This document shows, in pieces, positions 1 to 13,089 of a DNA stretch of 64,000 nucleotides. Location of the stretch: assembly GCA_038087875.1 (NCBI GenBank), contig CM075992.1:11534001-11598000 (forward strand), written 5' to 3'. Origin of the DNA: Malacoraja senta (taxonomy: Eukaryota). The translations under genes were made by a program, and so were the position numbers. Every line of letters starts with the position of its first letter. Position 1 is the stretch's first letter. Under the pieces are notes generated by a model. That model searched no databases. It had not been told where the DNA came from and saw only the letters and a program-made list of their open reading frames with translations.

Positions 1-229
1 CCTGCCTTACAGGTACAGTAGTAGCTTCCCACTGTGTTGTGACAATCAGTGATGTTGCCACACAGTGCTTGTGCAGAAGTTCCATTGCATTCATCCTCAT
101 CTGGATGGAGGAGGAGAAAAAAGATCCATGCTTTAATCAAAACCAAGAAGGGATGAGTGGTCTGTTGCCCATGCTAGCCCTCACACTCCACAGCTGATCA
201 TTCCTGGTCCTATCGTGACCTGTCCCTCC

Positions 230-740
230 ATCTCCACCATCCCTTGATTCAATCAACATTCACAATGTCAGCTTGGTGTGTCCTCAACAACTGTGGCTCC
301 ACAGTGAGGAACAGGAAGACTCACAACCTTCTGAGCAAAGGGACCTTTCCTCAGCCCAGGCCTAAACGGACAAAGCCGCTGCCTCTCTACTCCTCTGTTA
401 CTCCTACATCTACATCAGCAATTGTTTGTGAAGTCTGTTATGTCATTACAAGGAGTCTTGCCTACCCCTGCTTCTCACAATACCCCTCACTCCTCCTCCC
501 ACCTACCCCACCTTGCCATCACCACACATCCCTCCCAGTGGACCCCCTCCCCCCTCCGTTGTTCCCATCCCCCACTACTCTTCCCATATTGATTCACCTT
601 TCGCCTTGCTTTCCTATCAAATTCTAGAATCTGCAGCCTTTTCTTGTTTCCACTTCACCTCCTGTCTCTATCTCCCCCCTTCCCTGCCACACCTCACTCC
701 TTCTGCTAATTAACCCTTCCTCATCTGTAACTACCTATCA
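230..740 (+). mobile_element. Degenerate Penelope-like element 3' fragment (GIY-YIG end and pyrimidine-rich region); resumes at 1776-1960
   Basis: Similar to the reverse complement of the Penelope copy at 16009-16400; resumes after the 741-1775 insertion with the agatgctgcctgacc...ccagcatctgc terminal motif. Confidence 0.5.
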
Positions 741-1775
741 TAGGTATGTTACAATACTTACCTTCAGCGGCGCTGCAATTCTGCCACTGGCCGTGTGCGC
801 GATTTTTGCGCCTTTGAGGGGTGGGGGCGGGGTTAAAACACGGGTTTATCCTACCTTGTCCTGTATTTTATTTCGTTGGAGTGCCAGCTTTTGCTGAAAA
901 ATCATTCCGACGGGCGTTTTGTGTATTTTTTATTTTTATTCGATCGACTAGTTCAGCGCTGGAATTATTTTAAAATCAGCTTCGAAAGCCGTCAACGCCG
1001 ACGGATTTCACGCACGGGACAGATAAACAAAAGCAGTTTATTTTATGTATAAAAGTGCTTCTTAAGAGGCCTTTAATTCACATTTTGTAATGCGAAACGG
1101 TGATTCTTTTCCCCGAACTAACGGCAGAATTTTTCATGCCGATACGGGGTTAAATTCACCGCAAATCAACGTTCCAAATGATCGCGTTCCAGAAAATCCC
1201 ACTCGCAAGATGATTTAAATGCCCATTAATTTACAGGTATTAAACATTAAATTTCTTCCATTTGGCCTGTAAATCCATGACAATGAGATTTAAAAATAAT
1301 GTTATATTGTGAGTTCTTGTGTGAATGTTATTTGGACACTTAAGCTAGTTAAAAATGTTAATCTATTCTTAAGAAATTGATAGATGTTTAGATCTAGTAA
1401 TTGAATTTTGTAATTAGCTACAATTAGGTAACTAGCTAATTATATGCTTTAATTTCATGTCATCTAAGTAAGATTGTTTCATATTTGTTTCAGAATGCTT
1501 CAATCTATAATAACTGAAAATCTCTTTTAGTTCTCTCGATTTTTAAGAAAGTTATGGGCTTTTGACTGTCCTCGATCACAGCTTTTGTGTTAAGTCAATG
1601 GAAAAGCAATAGGGAACAAGATGCTAATTTCCGAGTATGAAAATGGCCATAATTTTTTTAATACTGAAGATATGAAAGTGAATTAGGTGTCAAATTAAAC
1701 GTCTTTTTCTGCTTTATCTGATGGGATAAATTACAGACTTGATTTTTAAAATCTCAACATTTTGTAACATTGCTA
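741..1775. mobile_element. Non-autonomous DNA transposon (MITE-like, TAG...CTA termini, possibly hAT-like)
   Basis: Imperfect TIRs TAGGTATGTTACAA / TTGTAACATTGCTA; flanks cctatca / cctgtca (7-bp duplication with 1 mismatch); AT-rich, ORF-free interior. Confidence 0.6.
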
Positions 1776-2406
1776 CCTGTCACTTTCCACACTTGCTCCA
1801 AGCCCTCCCCCACTCTTTGCAGTGACTATCTCCCTTCTATTCTTTCTGCCCACATGAAGGTCAGAACCTGTCCATTTTCCACCAGAGATGCTGCCTGACC
1901 CACTGACAATTCTCCTTTGTTGTGCCAGATCCCAGCATCTGCGATCTCTCGTGCCTCCTAGACTACCTCATGATTCACTCTCATTCAAATATTCATCACA
2001 AGAGAAATAGAACAATTTTCTTGGACTTTTTACAACCGAAGGCTTTGGTGTGATCTGAAAGTAAGGGCGGTTAGCTTTGTCCAAGCTTCCATCGCTGAAA
2101 CACTGGCTCTTGAGGCAATGCGATTCCGGAATGAGCAGTCTTCCCTTGATAGGGTTAGAGACACCTGGTGATTGAAGGTGGGGAGACTGGGAAACTCGAG
2201 GCAGAGTCAGGTACCCTGGCTTTGGCTCAGCTTTCCACTGGCTTCATGGATACGTGTTGAACCATCCGCACCATCCGCAATTCAGGATTCTTGGAAGCAC
2301 AGGAACTGCAGATGCTGGCTTATAGAAAAAGACGAAGTGCTGGAGTAACTCAACAGACCAGGCAGCATCACTGGAGAACAGGTACAGGTGATATTTCGGG
2401 TTATAT

Positions 2407-3027
2407 ACAATAGACAATAGGTGCAGGAGAAGGCCATTCAGCCTTTCGAGCCAGCACTGCCATTCAAAGTGATCATGGCTGATCATCCCCAATCAGTACC
2501 CCGTTCCTGCCTTCTCCCCATATCCCCTGACTCCGCTATTTTAAGATCACTATCTAGCTCTCTCTTGAAAGCATCCAGAGAATCTGCCTCCAACGCCCTC
2601 TGTGGCAGAGAATTCCACAGACTCACCACTCTGTGAGAAAAAGTGTTTCCTCGTCTCCGTTCTAAATGGCTTACTCCTTTTTCTTAAACTGTAGTCCCTG
2701 GTTCTGGACTCCCCCAACATCAGGAACGTGTTTCCTGCCTCTAGCGTGTCCAAACCCTTAACAATCTTATATGTTTCAATGAGATATCCTCTCATCCTTC
2801 TAAACTCCAGAGTGTACAAGCCCAGCTGCTCCATTCTCTCAGGATATGACAGTCCCGCCATCCCGGGAATTAACCTTGTAAACCTACGCTGCACTCCCTC
2901 AATAGCAAGAATGTCGTTCCTCAAATTAGGGGACCAAAACTGCACACAATACTCCAGGTGTGGTCTCACTAGGGCTCTGTACAACTGCAGAAGGACGTAT
3001 TTGCTCCTATATTCGATTCCTCTTGTT
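2407..3027 (-). mobile_element. CR1 LINE 3' fragment (RT C-terminus and 3' tail)
   Basis: ORF 2550-2984 YRALVRPHLEYCVQFWSP...EGVQRRFTRLIPG; (CTATTGT)n tail. Confidence 0.9.
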
Positions 3028-3607
3028 ATAAAGGGTTGTCATGGAGGGAGTGAGGGGGGGCGGGGTGGGTGGGAAGAAAGCTGGAAGAGAATTCAGGGCA
3101 GGACAAAGCCTGACTGATATGTAGATACAAGTGGGGAGGGGGCTGATTGACAGATGATTGGACAAAGGCCAGGCATGAAAAGACAAACAATGTGAGATGA
3201 GGATAGATAAGGTAGATTGATAAATCCATAGAAAGGTGTATAGATGGAAGGGGACGGGGGTGGAGAAATAGGTGAGAATCCGGCTTGGCCTGAAGGAAGA
3301 GAGGGGGAATAAAAGGGGGAGTGGGGTTGTTTTTGGATTAGTTACCTCATATTGGAGAACTCAATGTTAATGCCATTGAATAGTAAGATTAAACGAGAAC
3401 TTACCAGTTTGAAGTTTGATCTTTATTTTATGAGGAGTTACGTTGGTGATTACGTGAAGAAGACCCGTCAGGGCGCCTGCGTGTCAAACTTCAAAGTAGC
3501 GGTGTGAAATCACAAACAACAAGAATGAAGTAATGTAGTAACCTAATAAAACAAGTAAATTAAGAACTTCCATCTGACCTTTATGATAGAGGGTTGGCCG
3601 TGGTGGG

Positions 3608-3719
3608 CACGTAATCACCAACGTAACTCCTCATAAAATAAAGATCAAACTTCAAACTGGTAAGTTTTCGTTTAATCTTACTATTTTACTTCGGAGTCAT
3701 GTGAGTGACTACGTGAAGA
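3608..3719. repeat. DIRS internal complementary region (ICR), copy A
   Basis: 3608-3685 is the reverse complement of 3379-3456; 3683-3719 is the reverse complement of about 8934-8970; the two halves overlap at ATT. Confidence 0.9.
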
Positions 3720-5359
3720 ATTTAAAGCTTTGTGATTTCATGCCGCAGATACAAATCCCGGCTTCTCACTGCATTGATTGACTCGGAACGAGAAATAATC
3801 AATAATGCATTAATAATGACATTTGCATGACAAATGCAGTAATTCATTTATATGAATAAAAGAATTAACAATATCCCCTTTAACCCAGGGAAATTTAAGC
3901 AGAACTTAATATAGTATCTGCAAACAGCCCCGTATTGGCAATAGGCCGATGGTAAAAGTGTTGACACACCAACTTATTAGATCACCCGGCGGCAGCGAAA
4001 ATATGGTCGATGGGTCGTCCTTCTCCCTGGCCTCCAATGTTGCTGCTAAATCGAATGGGATGCAAAAACATCAATGTTCCCACCTGCAGCAACCAAACTT
4101 GTTTTAACCATCTTAAAATAGTCTGAACTGACACTATCTTGTATGGTTTTTCGTGAATGATAAACAATCTTGTTTTCATATTTCATAAGACCGTTGTAGC
4201 TTCAATGTATTGCAACAAATATGTCTTAACACGTAGACATGGATCCATGGAATATGCTAATAAAACACTCTTGAATCCTGTCACACCTGATCCTACTTCA
4301 TTTGAGTAGGTCATAAAATGTAAAACATATCATGGTACTTCCATCCTGAGGTACTTCCATCCTGTGTATCTGTAACTTTTGTAATGTCTGCACTCTCTGT
4401 GCTTGTTACAAATGCCATAAGCATGACTACCTTCATGCTGAACTTGGCCAAATCAGAATCGTACCAAGAGTCCATTGATGAAGTAGCTTAAAACAACTCT
4501 ATATTCCAGATTCCCATACCTAGGTTTAGAAGGTCTGGAATTAAAATACCTTTCATTAATCTGGAAATGAAAGAACGAGACTCAACAGGATATCTTTCCA
4601 ACCTCATCAATAAAAAATGAGGATAATGTACTTCTGGCTGAATAAAATGCACCATAACTCAACCCTCAAATAGAGTGTTGAGAAAACCCAAGACATTTGA
4701 GACTTGTGCCGTACAACATTTCATATTCTTTTATACACAAATTTTTTCCCCATTCTTTACATAATGGGAAAGCAGCATTTCCAGTCACAACTCAGATTCA
4801 CAAATGTCCTGCTTTTGAGTACTCTTCCACCAGACTGCTGTAAGCATGTCCACAGCATGCCCAGACAATCCTCTTTTTAAAAACCTGCAAATTAACAGAT
4901 CCATACAGGCATATAACGGATGTTACTCTCCAATTATCAGATACACCAGTAAATCCCTTCTTTTGGGAACCTATCAGAAACTGTCATAAATTCCAATAAC
5001 AAAGGGAACCATGGCTGCATAGACCAGTCTGGTACCACCAGTACCCCAGAGGCAGCATCCTGCTTCATTTTAAGCAGACACCGGTTTATGAGACAGAATG
5101 ATGGAAAATGCATATAAAAACATACCACCCTAATGTAGCAAAAAACATCAATCGCTACTGTCTCCCGATGTAGTCCCATAACACATATCTCTGTAACTGG
5201 TGATTGAGTTTGGATGGAAAACAAGTCGTATCTGGCTTCCCAAATCTGACTACTATATCATTAAAATCTTAAGGTTCAACATCCATTCTTTGTTATCAAA
5301 GAAATTCCCGTAACCTTGTGTCTGGTACTATATTGAATCTAACTAGTAGATAGATAGCT

Positions 5360-6424
5360 TCTGGCTGAATAAACGGGTCCTTTTCAGAATGGCAGGCAGT
5401 GACTAGTGGGGTACCACAAGGCTCAGTGCTGAGACCCCAGCTATTTACAATATATATTAATGATTTGGACGAGGGAATTGAATGCAACATCTCCAAGTTT
5501 GCGGATGACACGAAGCTGGGGGGCAGTGTTAGCTGTGAGGAGGATGCTAAGAGGCTGCAAGGTGACTTGGATAGGCTGGGTGAGTGGGCAAATGCATGGC
5601 AGATGCAGTATAATGTGGATAAATGTGAGGTTATCCACTTTGGTGGCAAAAACAGGAAAGTAGACTATTATCTAAATGGTGGCCGATTAGGAAAAGGGGA
5701 GATGCAACGAGACCTGGGTGTCATGGTACACCAGTCATTGAAAGTAGGCATGCAGGTGCAGCAGGCAGTGAAGAAAGCGAATGGTATGTTAGCTTTCATA
5801 GCAAAAGGATTTGAGTATAGGAGCAGGGAGGTTCTACTGCAGTTGTACAGGGTCTTGGTGAGACCACACCTGGAGTATTGCGTACAGTTTTGGTCTCCAA
5901 ATCTGAGGAAGGACATTATTGCCATAGAGGGAGTGCAGAGAAGGTTCACCAGACTGATTCCTGGGATGTCAGGACTGTCTTATGAAGAAAGACTGGATAG
6001 ACTTGGTTTACACTCTCTAGAATTTAGGAGATTGAGAGGGGATCTTATAGAAACTTACAAAATTCTTAAGGGGTTGGACAGGCTAGATGCAGGAAGATTG
6101 CTCCCGATGTTGGGGATGTCCAGGACAAGGGGTCACAGCTTAAGGATAAGGGGGAAATCCTTTAGGACCGAGATGAGAAAAACATTTTTCACACAGAGAG
6201 TGGTGAATCTCTGGAACTCTCTGCCACAGAAGGTAGTTGAGGCCAGTTCATTGGCTATATTTAAGAGGGAGTTAGATGTGGCCCTTGTGGCTAAAGGGAT
6301 CAGGGGGTATGGAGAGAAGGCAGGTACAGGATACTGAGTTGGATGATCAGCCATGATCATATTGAAAGGCTCGAAGGGCCGAATGGCCTACTGCTGCACC
6401 TAATTTCTATGTTTCTATGTTTCT
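5360..6424 (+). mobile_element. 5'-truncated young CR1 LINE inserted in DIRS copy A
   Basis: Open 312-aa RT frame 5399-6337 ([14 protein letters not shown]); (TTTCTATG)n tail; TSD ATAGCT at 5354-5359 and 6425-6430. Confidence 0.93.
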
Positions 6425-9400
6425 ATAGCTGAAACCAAATATTTGTCAACACACCAAGTCCAGATTTGATTAGCCAATTTGTCATATGACACCAACTTAA
6501 TTCCATCCATACAATTAATACATGCCATTGCTGCAGTGTTGTTAATTTGAAACTGAACATGCAGATTAGTTGTATTTAATAACAAACTTGGAGCTCATAA
6601 GCCTTCCAATTGCTGTAAAACGTCGATTCTCCATATCTGCAAAATAATACTTCTTCCATATTCCATCTGTCCACAGATGGATACCTTTTCAGTGGCACCA
6701 ATCCTAATGCACTGACATCAGTCTGTACGACCATGGAAGGCTGTTCAATCAGTATCTTGCTTGAACTACTGGAAACATGTTAAATCCACGACTGCAATCA
6801 GAAGCAGCATTTGTTGTTTAACAGCATAGCCTATCAAAATTGGCCACCATGCATCTTAGTGCCTTTTCTTTTTGCAGTCTGTAGCTGCTGGTAGTACAAT
6901 GTCCCATATTGTATTGCTGGATATAACACTAATTTTCCTAGCAAGCTGTCTTAATTGAAGATTGTTGCTTTTCCAACAGCTTAATGCAACCATCAATTAG
7001 CTCTACCCTTTACCCTGGGTAAATTACTACCCTGTCAATTGAATCAATTGTGAAATTAAAATAATCAATTGTTGTAAGTGCCATTAACCTTAATTTCTCT
7101 CTGGATGAATTAAACCCAACTTTCAAAAGTGGATTGAACAATTGAGAGAGATAACTCACTAATTCTTGTGTCCGTCCTAATTAGGACATCATTCAGTTAA
7201 GCCATCAACATCTGTCCTTGGACTCTAATTAGCCCCAAAATTGGTTTTACAAATTTAGTGAAATTCTAGGAACTGAAGTTAACCCATTGGACAGAACTTT
7301 GAATTGCCATAATTGTTCATTCAGATAAATTTCAAATATTTTTATCTTATAAATGAACAGACACTAAGTAATATACATCTTTCAGATCTATGTGCCATAT
7401 AACATCTTTTGAAATAAGTTGTTTGGCAGTCTCAAAGTCTCCATTTTGAAGTGTCTATACTTCACAAATTTTTTTAAAGACTTGTCAGATCTAAAATACT
7501 CCTCACCTTTTTAGGTCGAGAAATTTTAAACACAATTTGGTGGTTTTGATAATAAATCTGAAGTAATTTGCTTCCAATATTTGGTTGTTTTTGCCTTAAT
7601 ATCTTCCCATGAGAACCAGGTCCACCTACCTCCTTTTTTTCACCTGAGTGACCTGTGGTCCCTGGCTCCTGGCAGGAAAAACCCACGCTTTTTCATTTTC
7701 CCGCTGCAGGACACCGACTGTGCCCCTGCTTCAATGGTTGATTTGTTCCTGGTGTAGGCCCAGTATTTTGTATGATGTCTGAAAGGATACCTCCTCTTTG
7801 CAGACTTGCCGACCATTGATGTTTTGATAAACCTTGCTGTTTTGCCTCATCATCCAACTCTTCTCTGAAGAGTAAGTTGAATGACTGCACATTGCTGGGC
7901 TTTACAGAGTTGCTGCAACTTAGGGTTGATGGTGGACCGAATGGCATACTTCCTGAAACAATTCATCTCGAAGTGGGCGCTACATAGCAACCCTAGTGCC
8001 ACTTGATGCATCTCCATCCCTGGCCTCAATCCATTGTTTTTGCAAATTGCAGTTGTTCATCAACCCAGCAGCTTCAATATTTTCTGCAGTTTACTTTTCT
8101 TAGGCTCACATGCCTTCGCCCATCTGACTCCTTATATCTTCGTTCACTGCTAGTACTTTCAGCAATACGCAGTTCCTTGGGGTCTCGTGCTTTTTGGGCA
8201 TTTTCATCCATCGTAAGCTACTAGAGCTGATGGGAGACACAATAGTTGATCGCAGAGGCCACTTCCTTTCCCAGTGGCTCTCCTGACTCTGACGGGGCAG
8301 CGAATCGTACTGCCAGGAATAAAACATCTGGCAGCTGCCGTCTTCGCTTGTATCGGAAACTCTGCTGACCCTGTGCACACGCCTCATCAATGAGGGTGCT
8401 TTTAAACAGCCCTTTGCTAGGTGCTGCTGACCTGGCATCTGGAGCCTGGCTTTGGCTACACTCGTCCCTGAATGTGCTTTTCTCCAGTAACCTGTGTAAC
8501 AGGCTTTTCATCTGAGAAATCCGCTCCAAAAGCGGTATCCAGCCCTGGAGTCGCATCCTCCTGATCGGACTCCTCCTCCGTGGGCCTCATGGACTTGACT
8601 TTAGCCTTGCGCCCCACTGGCGCTGACTGAGCTATTTTCAACCCCAAGTCCACAGTCACTACGTTCCCAGCCGGCGACTGTAAAGGGGTCTGAGGCAGCT
8701 GTTCGCCGACCGCAATCTTGTGACTTTCCACCGGCTTCCCCTTGTCCATTTTTTCCATGGCACCTGTGGAAAAAATCCCGACAGACCCACATCAAACGGA
8801 CCCGGAAATATCGAAAACAGTTTTTACTTACCTTGTAGTTTACAACTACATTTCCACTAGAGGAACGCTGCTCCTCACAAACGTTCGCGCCAATGCATCT
8901 GATGTAATGACGCGCAGGCGCCCTGACGGGTCTTCTTCATGTAGTCACTCACGTGACTCCGAAGTAAAATTGTAAGTTAAAGGCACATACGAGATGCTGT
9001 TCCTCCAGTTTGCGCATGGCCTCACTCTGGCAATGGAGGAGGCCCAGGACAGGTCAGTATGGAAATGGGAAGGGGAGTTAAAATGGTTAGCAACCAGCAG
9101 ACAGTGCCCGAGGCCAGGATCAAACTCAGGTTCGTGGCGCTGTGAATCAGCAGCTCTGTCAGTCGTGCCACTGTGCCACTAATAAACTATATCACATGTG
9201 CTGATATACGATGAAAATCATTGTATCATGGGTTATCCAGTCAAATCACATACATAGGTACAACAGGTGGTGCAAAAAGAGAAACATAGAAACATAGAAA
9301 ATAGGTGCAGGAGTAGGCCATTTGACCCTTCGAGCCTGATCATGATCATGGCTGATCATCCAACTCAGTATCCCATCCCTGCCTTCTCTCCATACCCCCT

Positions 9401-9609
9401 GATCCCTTTAGCCACAAGGGCCACATCTAACTCCCTCTTAAATATAGCCAATGAACTAGAAAACAGAGTGCTGAATATAATGTTACAGCTATAGAGAATG
9501 TGCAGCCAAGAAAAAGTACAAGAGCTGTAACAAGGTGGAATGTGTTTCAGGCACAAAACTTGCCACACGCATCTCCTTTAAACTTTGCTTCTCTCACCTT
9601 AAAGATACG

Positions 9610-11748
9610 CCCTCCAGTATTTGATATTTCCATCTGCCATTTCTCTGCAGATCCCTGTAGCTGATCTATATCCCACTGTATACTTTGACAGCCTTCCTAC
9701 AGTCTGTGACTCCTGCAATCTTGGTGTCATCTGCAAATTTACTAAATACCCAATAACATTCACATCCAAGTCATTTATATATATCACAAACAGCATAGGT
9801 CCCAGAACAGATCCCTGTGGGACTCCACTTGTCACAGACCTCCAACCTGAATATTGTGTTTCCACCACAGTCCTCTGTCTTCTATCTGTAAGGCAGTTCT
9901 GAATCCATATGACCAAGTCTCTGTTTATCCCATGCATCATAATGTTCTGAATCAGCAAACCATGGGACCTTTAACAAATGCCTTACTAAAATCCATGTAG
10001 ACAACAACCACTGCTCTACCCTCATTAATCATCTTCATCATCTCCACAAAAGACTACATCAAGTTACTAAAACACAATCTAGCATGAACAAAGCCACGCT
10101 GACTGTGTCTATCTTACTCATTCTCTTCCAAATGGGTATAAATCCGATACTGAAAAATTCTCTCCAATATCTTCCTTGCTGATGTGAGGCTTATTGAGCT
10201 ACAATTCCCTGGATTCTCTCTACTTCCCTTCTTACACAAAGGAACAACATTAGTGACCCTTCAGACTTCTGGGATGTCGTCTGTACTTAGAGAAGATGCA
10301 AAGATCTTTGTCAAGGCTCCTGCCCTCTTGTTGCTTTCAATAACCTGGGATAAATCCTATCAGGCCCTGGGTATTCATGCATCTTAATGGTCTTTAAGAG
10401 TCCCAACCTCCTCTTTCTTAATCTCAAACTGCTCTTGCATATTAGTATTCTCCACACTGATCCTCCATGTCTTTGGTGTAAAGAGATGCAATATACTTGT
10501 TTATTTACCTGACCCTTGACCAAGTACAAGTTCCCTCCCTTATCCTTGAGTGGCCCAACCTAATCCCTGCTGACCCTTGTTTTTAAATGTAGGTACAAAA
10601 TGTAGGGTTTACTTTAATCTGATTTGCCAAAGTCAATTTGTGGCCCCTTTTGGCCCTTCTAATTGCCTGCTTGAGTTCTTTGCTCCTTGATTTACATTCC
10701 TTTAAATAATTCCTTTAATTCTGTCTTAAACTTGCAGACAGTTGTTCTTTCCTTTTGATCCAATTTACAACCTCTTCAGTCATACTAAGTTCTCTTACTT
10801 TGCAATTCCTCCTGCTTACTGGAACATGCCGGTCCTGAACTATAATCAAATGGCCTTTAAATGACTGCCACATGTCAATGTGGACTTACTAACAACTGCT
10901 TCCAATATTACCTCCTGAGCACCCGACTAATAACAACATAATGTGCAAATCCAATTTAGAACCTTCCAGCAAAGTCCAAATTTATCCCTATACAAAACAA
11001 ACTAAAACATACGGAGTCATGATCACTATCCCCAAAATGCTCTTCCACCGTAACACCAGTCACTTGGCCTGATTCGTTTCCCAACACATGGATAAGTATG
11101 TTTAAGAATCAAAGGTAGACAAAAATGCTGAAGAAACTCAGCGGGTGAGGCAGCATCTATGGAGCGAAGGAAATAGGCGACGTTTCGGGTCAAAACCCTT
11201 CTTCAGACTGATGTGAGGGTGGTGGGGGGGGGGGGAGAAAGAAAGAAAGAGGTAGAGCCAGAGGTCTGAGGGAGAGCTGAGAAGGGGAGGGGAAAGTAAG
11301 GACTACCTGAAATTAGAGGAGTCAATGTTCATACCGCTGGGGTGCAAACTGCCCGAGCGAAATATGAGGTGCTGCTCCTCCAATTTATGGTGGTCCTCAC
11401 TCTGGCCATGGAGGAGGCCCAGGACAGGAAGGTCCGATTGGGAACGGGAGGGGGAGTTGAAGTGCTGAGCCACCGGGAGATCAGGTTGGTTATTGTGAAC
11501 CGAGTGGAGGTGTTCGGCGAAGCGATCGCCAAATAATGGAAAAGTATGTTCTCTTCTCGGGCTGGACTATCCATGTGCTGTTTCAAGAAACCATTGTGGA
11601 TCTAGCTCACACATTCTGCCCTGTCTAAACTATTGGTACTCAGTAAGTCCCAATCCATATGGGGAAGTTAAAGTCATCTACTGAGATAACCCTGTGAGTT
11701 TGGCATCTTTCCGTCTTCATATTTGTTCTACTATGTCCTGCTGGCTAT
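9610..11748 (-). mobile_element. Old degenerate CR1 ORF2 remnant, interrupted by a Penelope fragment
   Basis: [25 protein letters not shown] (9599-9958); YPGPDRIYPRLLK (10311-10529); endonuclease-like remnant next to the gap. Confidence 0.75.
11105..11530 (-). mobile_element. Penelope-like element 3' fragment
   Basis: Close match to 16040-16465; carries a hammerhead-like motif at 11176-11208. Confidence 0.8.
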
Positions 11749-11948
11749 NNNNNNNNNNNNNNNNNNNNNNNNNNNNNNNNNNNNNNNNNNNNNNNNNNNN
11801 NNNNNNNNNNNNNNNNNNNNNNNNNNNNNNNNNNNNNNNNNNNNNNNNNNNNNNNNNNNNNNNNNNNNNNNNNNNNNNNNNNNNNNNNNNNNNNNNNNNN
11901 NNNNNNNNNNNNNNNNNNNNNNNNNNNNNNNNNNNNNNNNNNNNNNNN
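11749..11948. other. Assembly gap (200 N)
   Basis: Run of N. Confidence 1.
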
Positions 11949-12099
11949 TTATGGACCATTCAGTGGTCTGATAGCAGAGGGGAAGTAGCTATTCCTGAGT
12001 CTGGTGGTGTGTGATTTCAATTGTAAAAGATACAATAATGGAACACTTGGAGAAGAGTGACAGAACTGGAGAAAGTAAACAGAAACAGGAAACTATGTT

Positions 12100-12870
12100 T
12101 GGCAAGCACACTGGATCTTTTTGAGGATATAACAAGATGTAACCAGCAGAATGAGGGAGAAATAGTGGATATGGTCCACGTTCAGACAGCTATTGATAAC
12201 ATCCCATCTAAGAGGTTATCATGCAAATTTAAAACATGTTTTGGGGAGCAAGGTGCTTATTTGGAGAGAGAATGGGTTGGCTCACAGAAAACAAATGATA
12301 AACAGTAATTTCTCTGGGTGGCAGGCAGTGGGGAACCATAGGGTTCAGTGCTGGGCTGCCAGCTATGTACGACAGAGATGCATCTCTTATGATGCCGTAT
12401 ATATTAAAGACGTGAATGAGGGAATTAAATGTGACTTCTCCAAGTTCGCAGATGACACACAGCTGGTTGAGAGCTGAGAGGAGGGTGCAGACAGGCTCCA
12501 GGTTCATTTGAACAGATCAAGAGAGTGGGCAGACACTTGGCAGATGCTGTTGAATGTGGATAAATGTGGGCTGATGGACTTTGGTGGCAGTGACAGGAAG
12601 GCCAGTTAACTGAGTGTTCTCAGATTCTAAAAAGGGGTGGCACCATGAGACCTGGTGTCCATGTGCACCAGTGGCTGGATGGGAGCATGCAGACGCAGCA
12701 GCTGATAGGATGGCAGATGATCAGTTGGCCTTTGCCGTGGGAGGATTTGAGTTGAGGAGCAACAACCTACAGGCCCCTTGTGAGTGCACCAGGAGTACAG
12801 TGTGCAGTTCCCATATCGGATGACGGATGATCTGATTACAGAACAAATTCAGCAAAGGTTTACAAGACAT
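12100..12870 (+). mobile_element. Highly degenerate CR1 RT remnant
   Basis: [30 protein letters not shown]. Confidence 0.7.
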
Positions 12871-13089
12871 TCAGGTTTTCAAACTGAAAGGAGAAAAACA
12901 TTCAGTTCTTGCAATTTAAAGGAGGTCACAATATTAAAAGGTCAGAAGATCATATTTAGGGAGCAACTGACATTAGGAACAAGGAGTGGAACTTTTAAGT
13001 CAGCAGCCACTTCATGAGACATTATGTTTTGTAGCTGAAAGCAGTTCGCATCCTGGAGTGACTGCTGCTAGCGGGTGCATGATAAGGAA

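Larger units (their letters stand above)
3379..8970 (-). mobile_element. Full-length decayed DIRS1-type retrotransposon, copy A (gag, RT, RNase H, MT, tyrosine recombinase)
   Basis: Inverted termini share GAAGAAGACCCGTCAGGGCGCCTGCG; ICR at 3608-3719; YR-like KIVSVQTILRWLKQV (3982-4179); MT-like VLVVPDWSMQPWFP (4937-5224); gag-like frames 8106-8758; AAT at both junctions inside a split Penelope fragment. Confidence 0.9.

Noticed and set aside
11694..12014. ORFs containing long X runs
   Set aside because: They span the N gap
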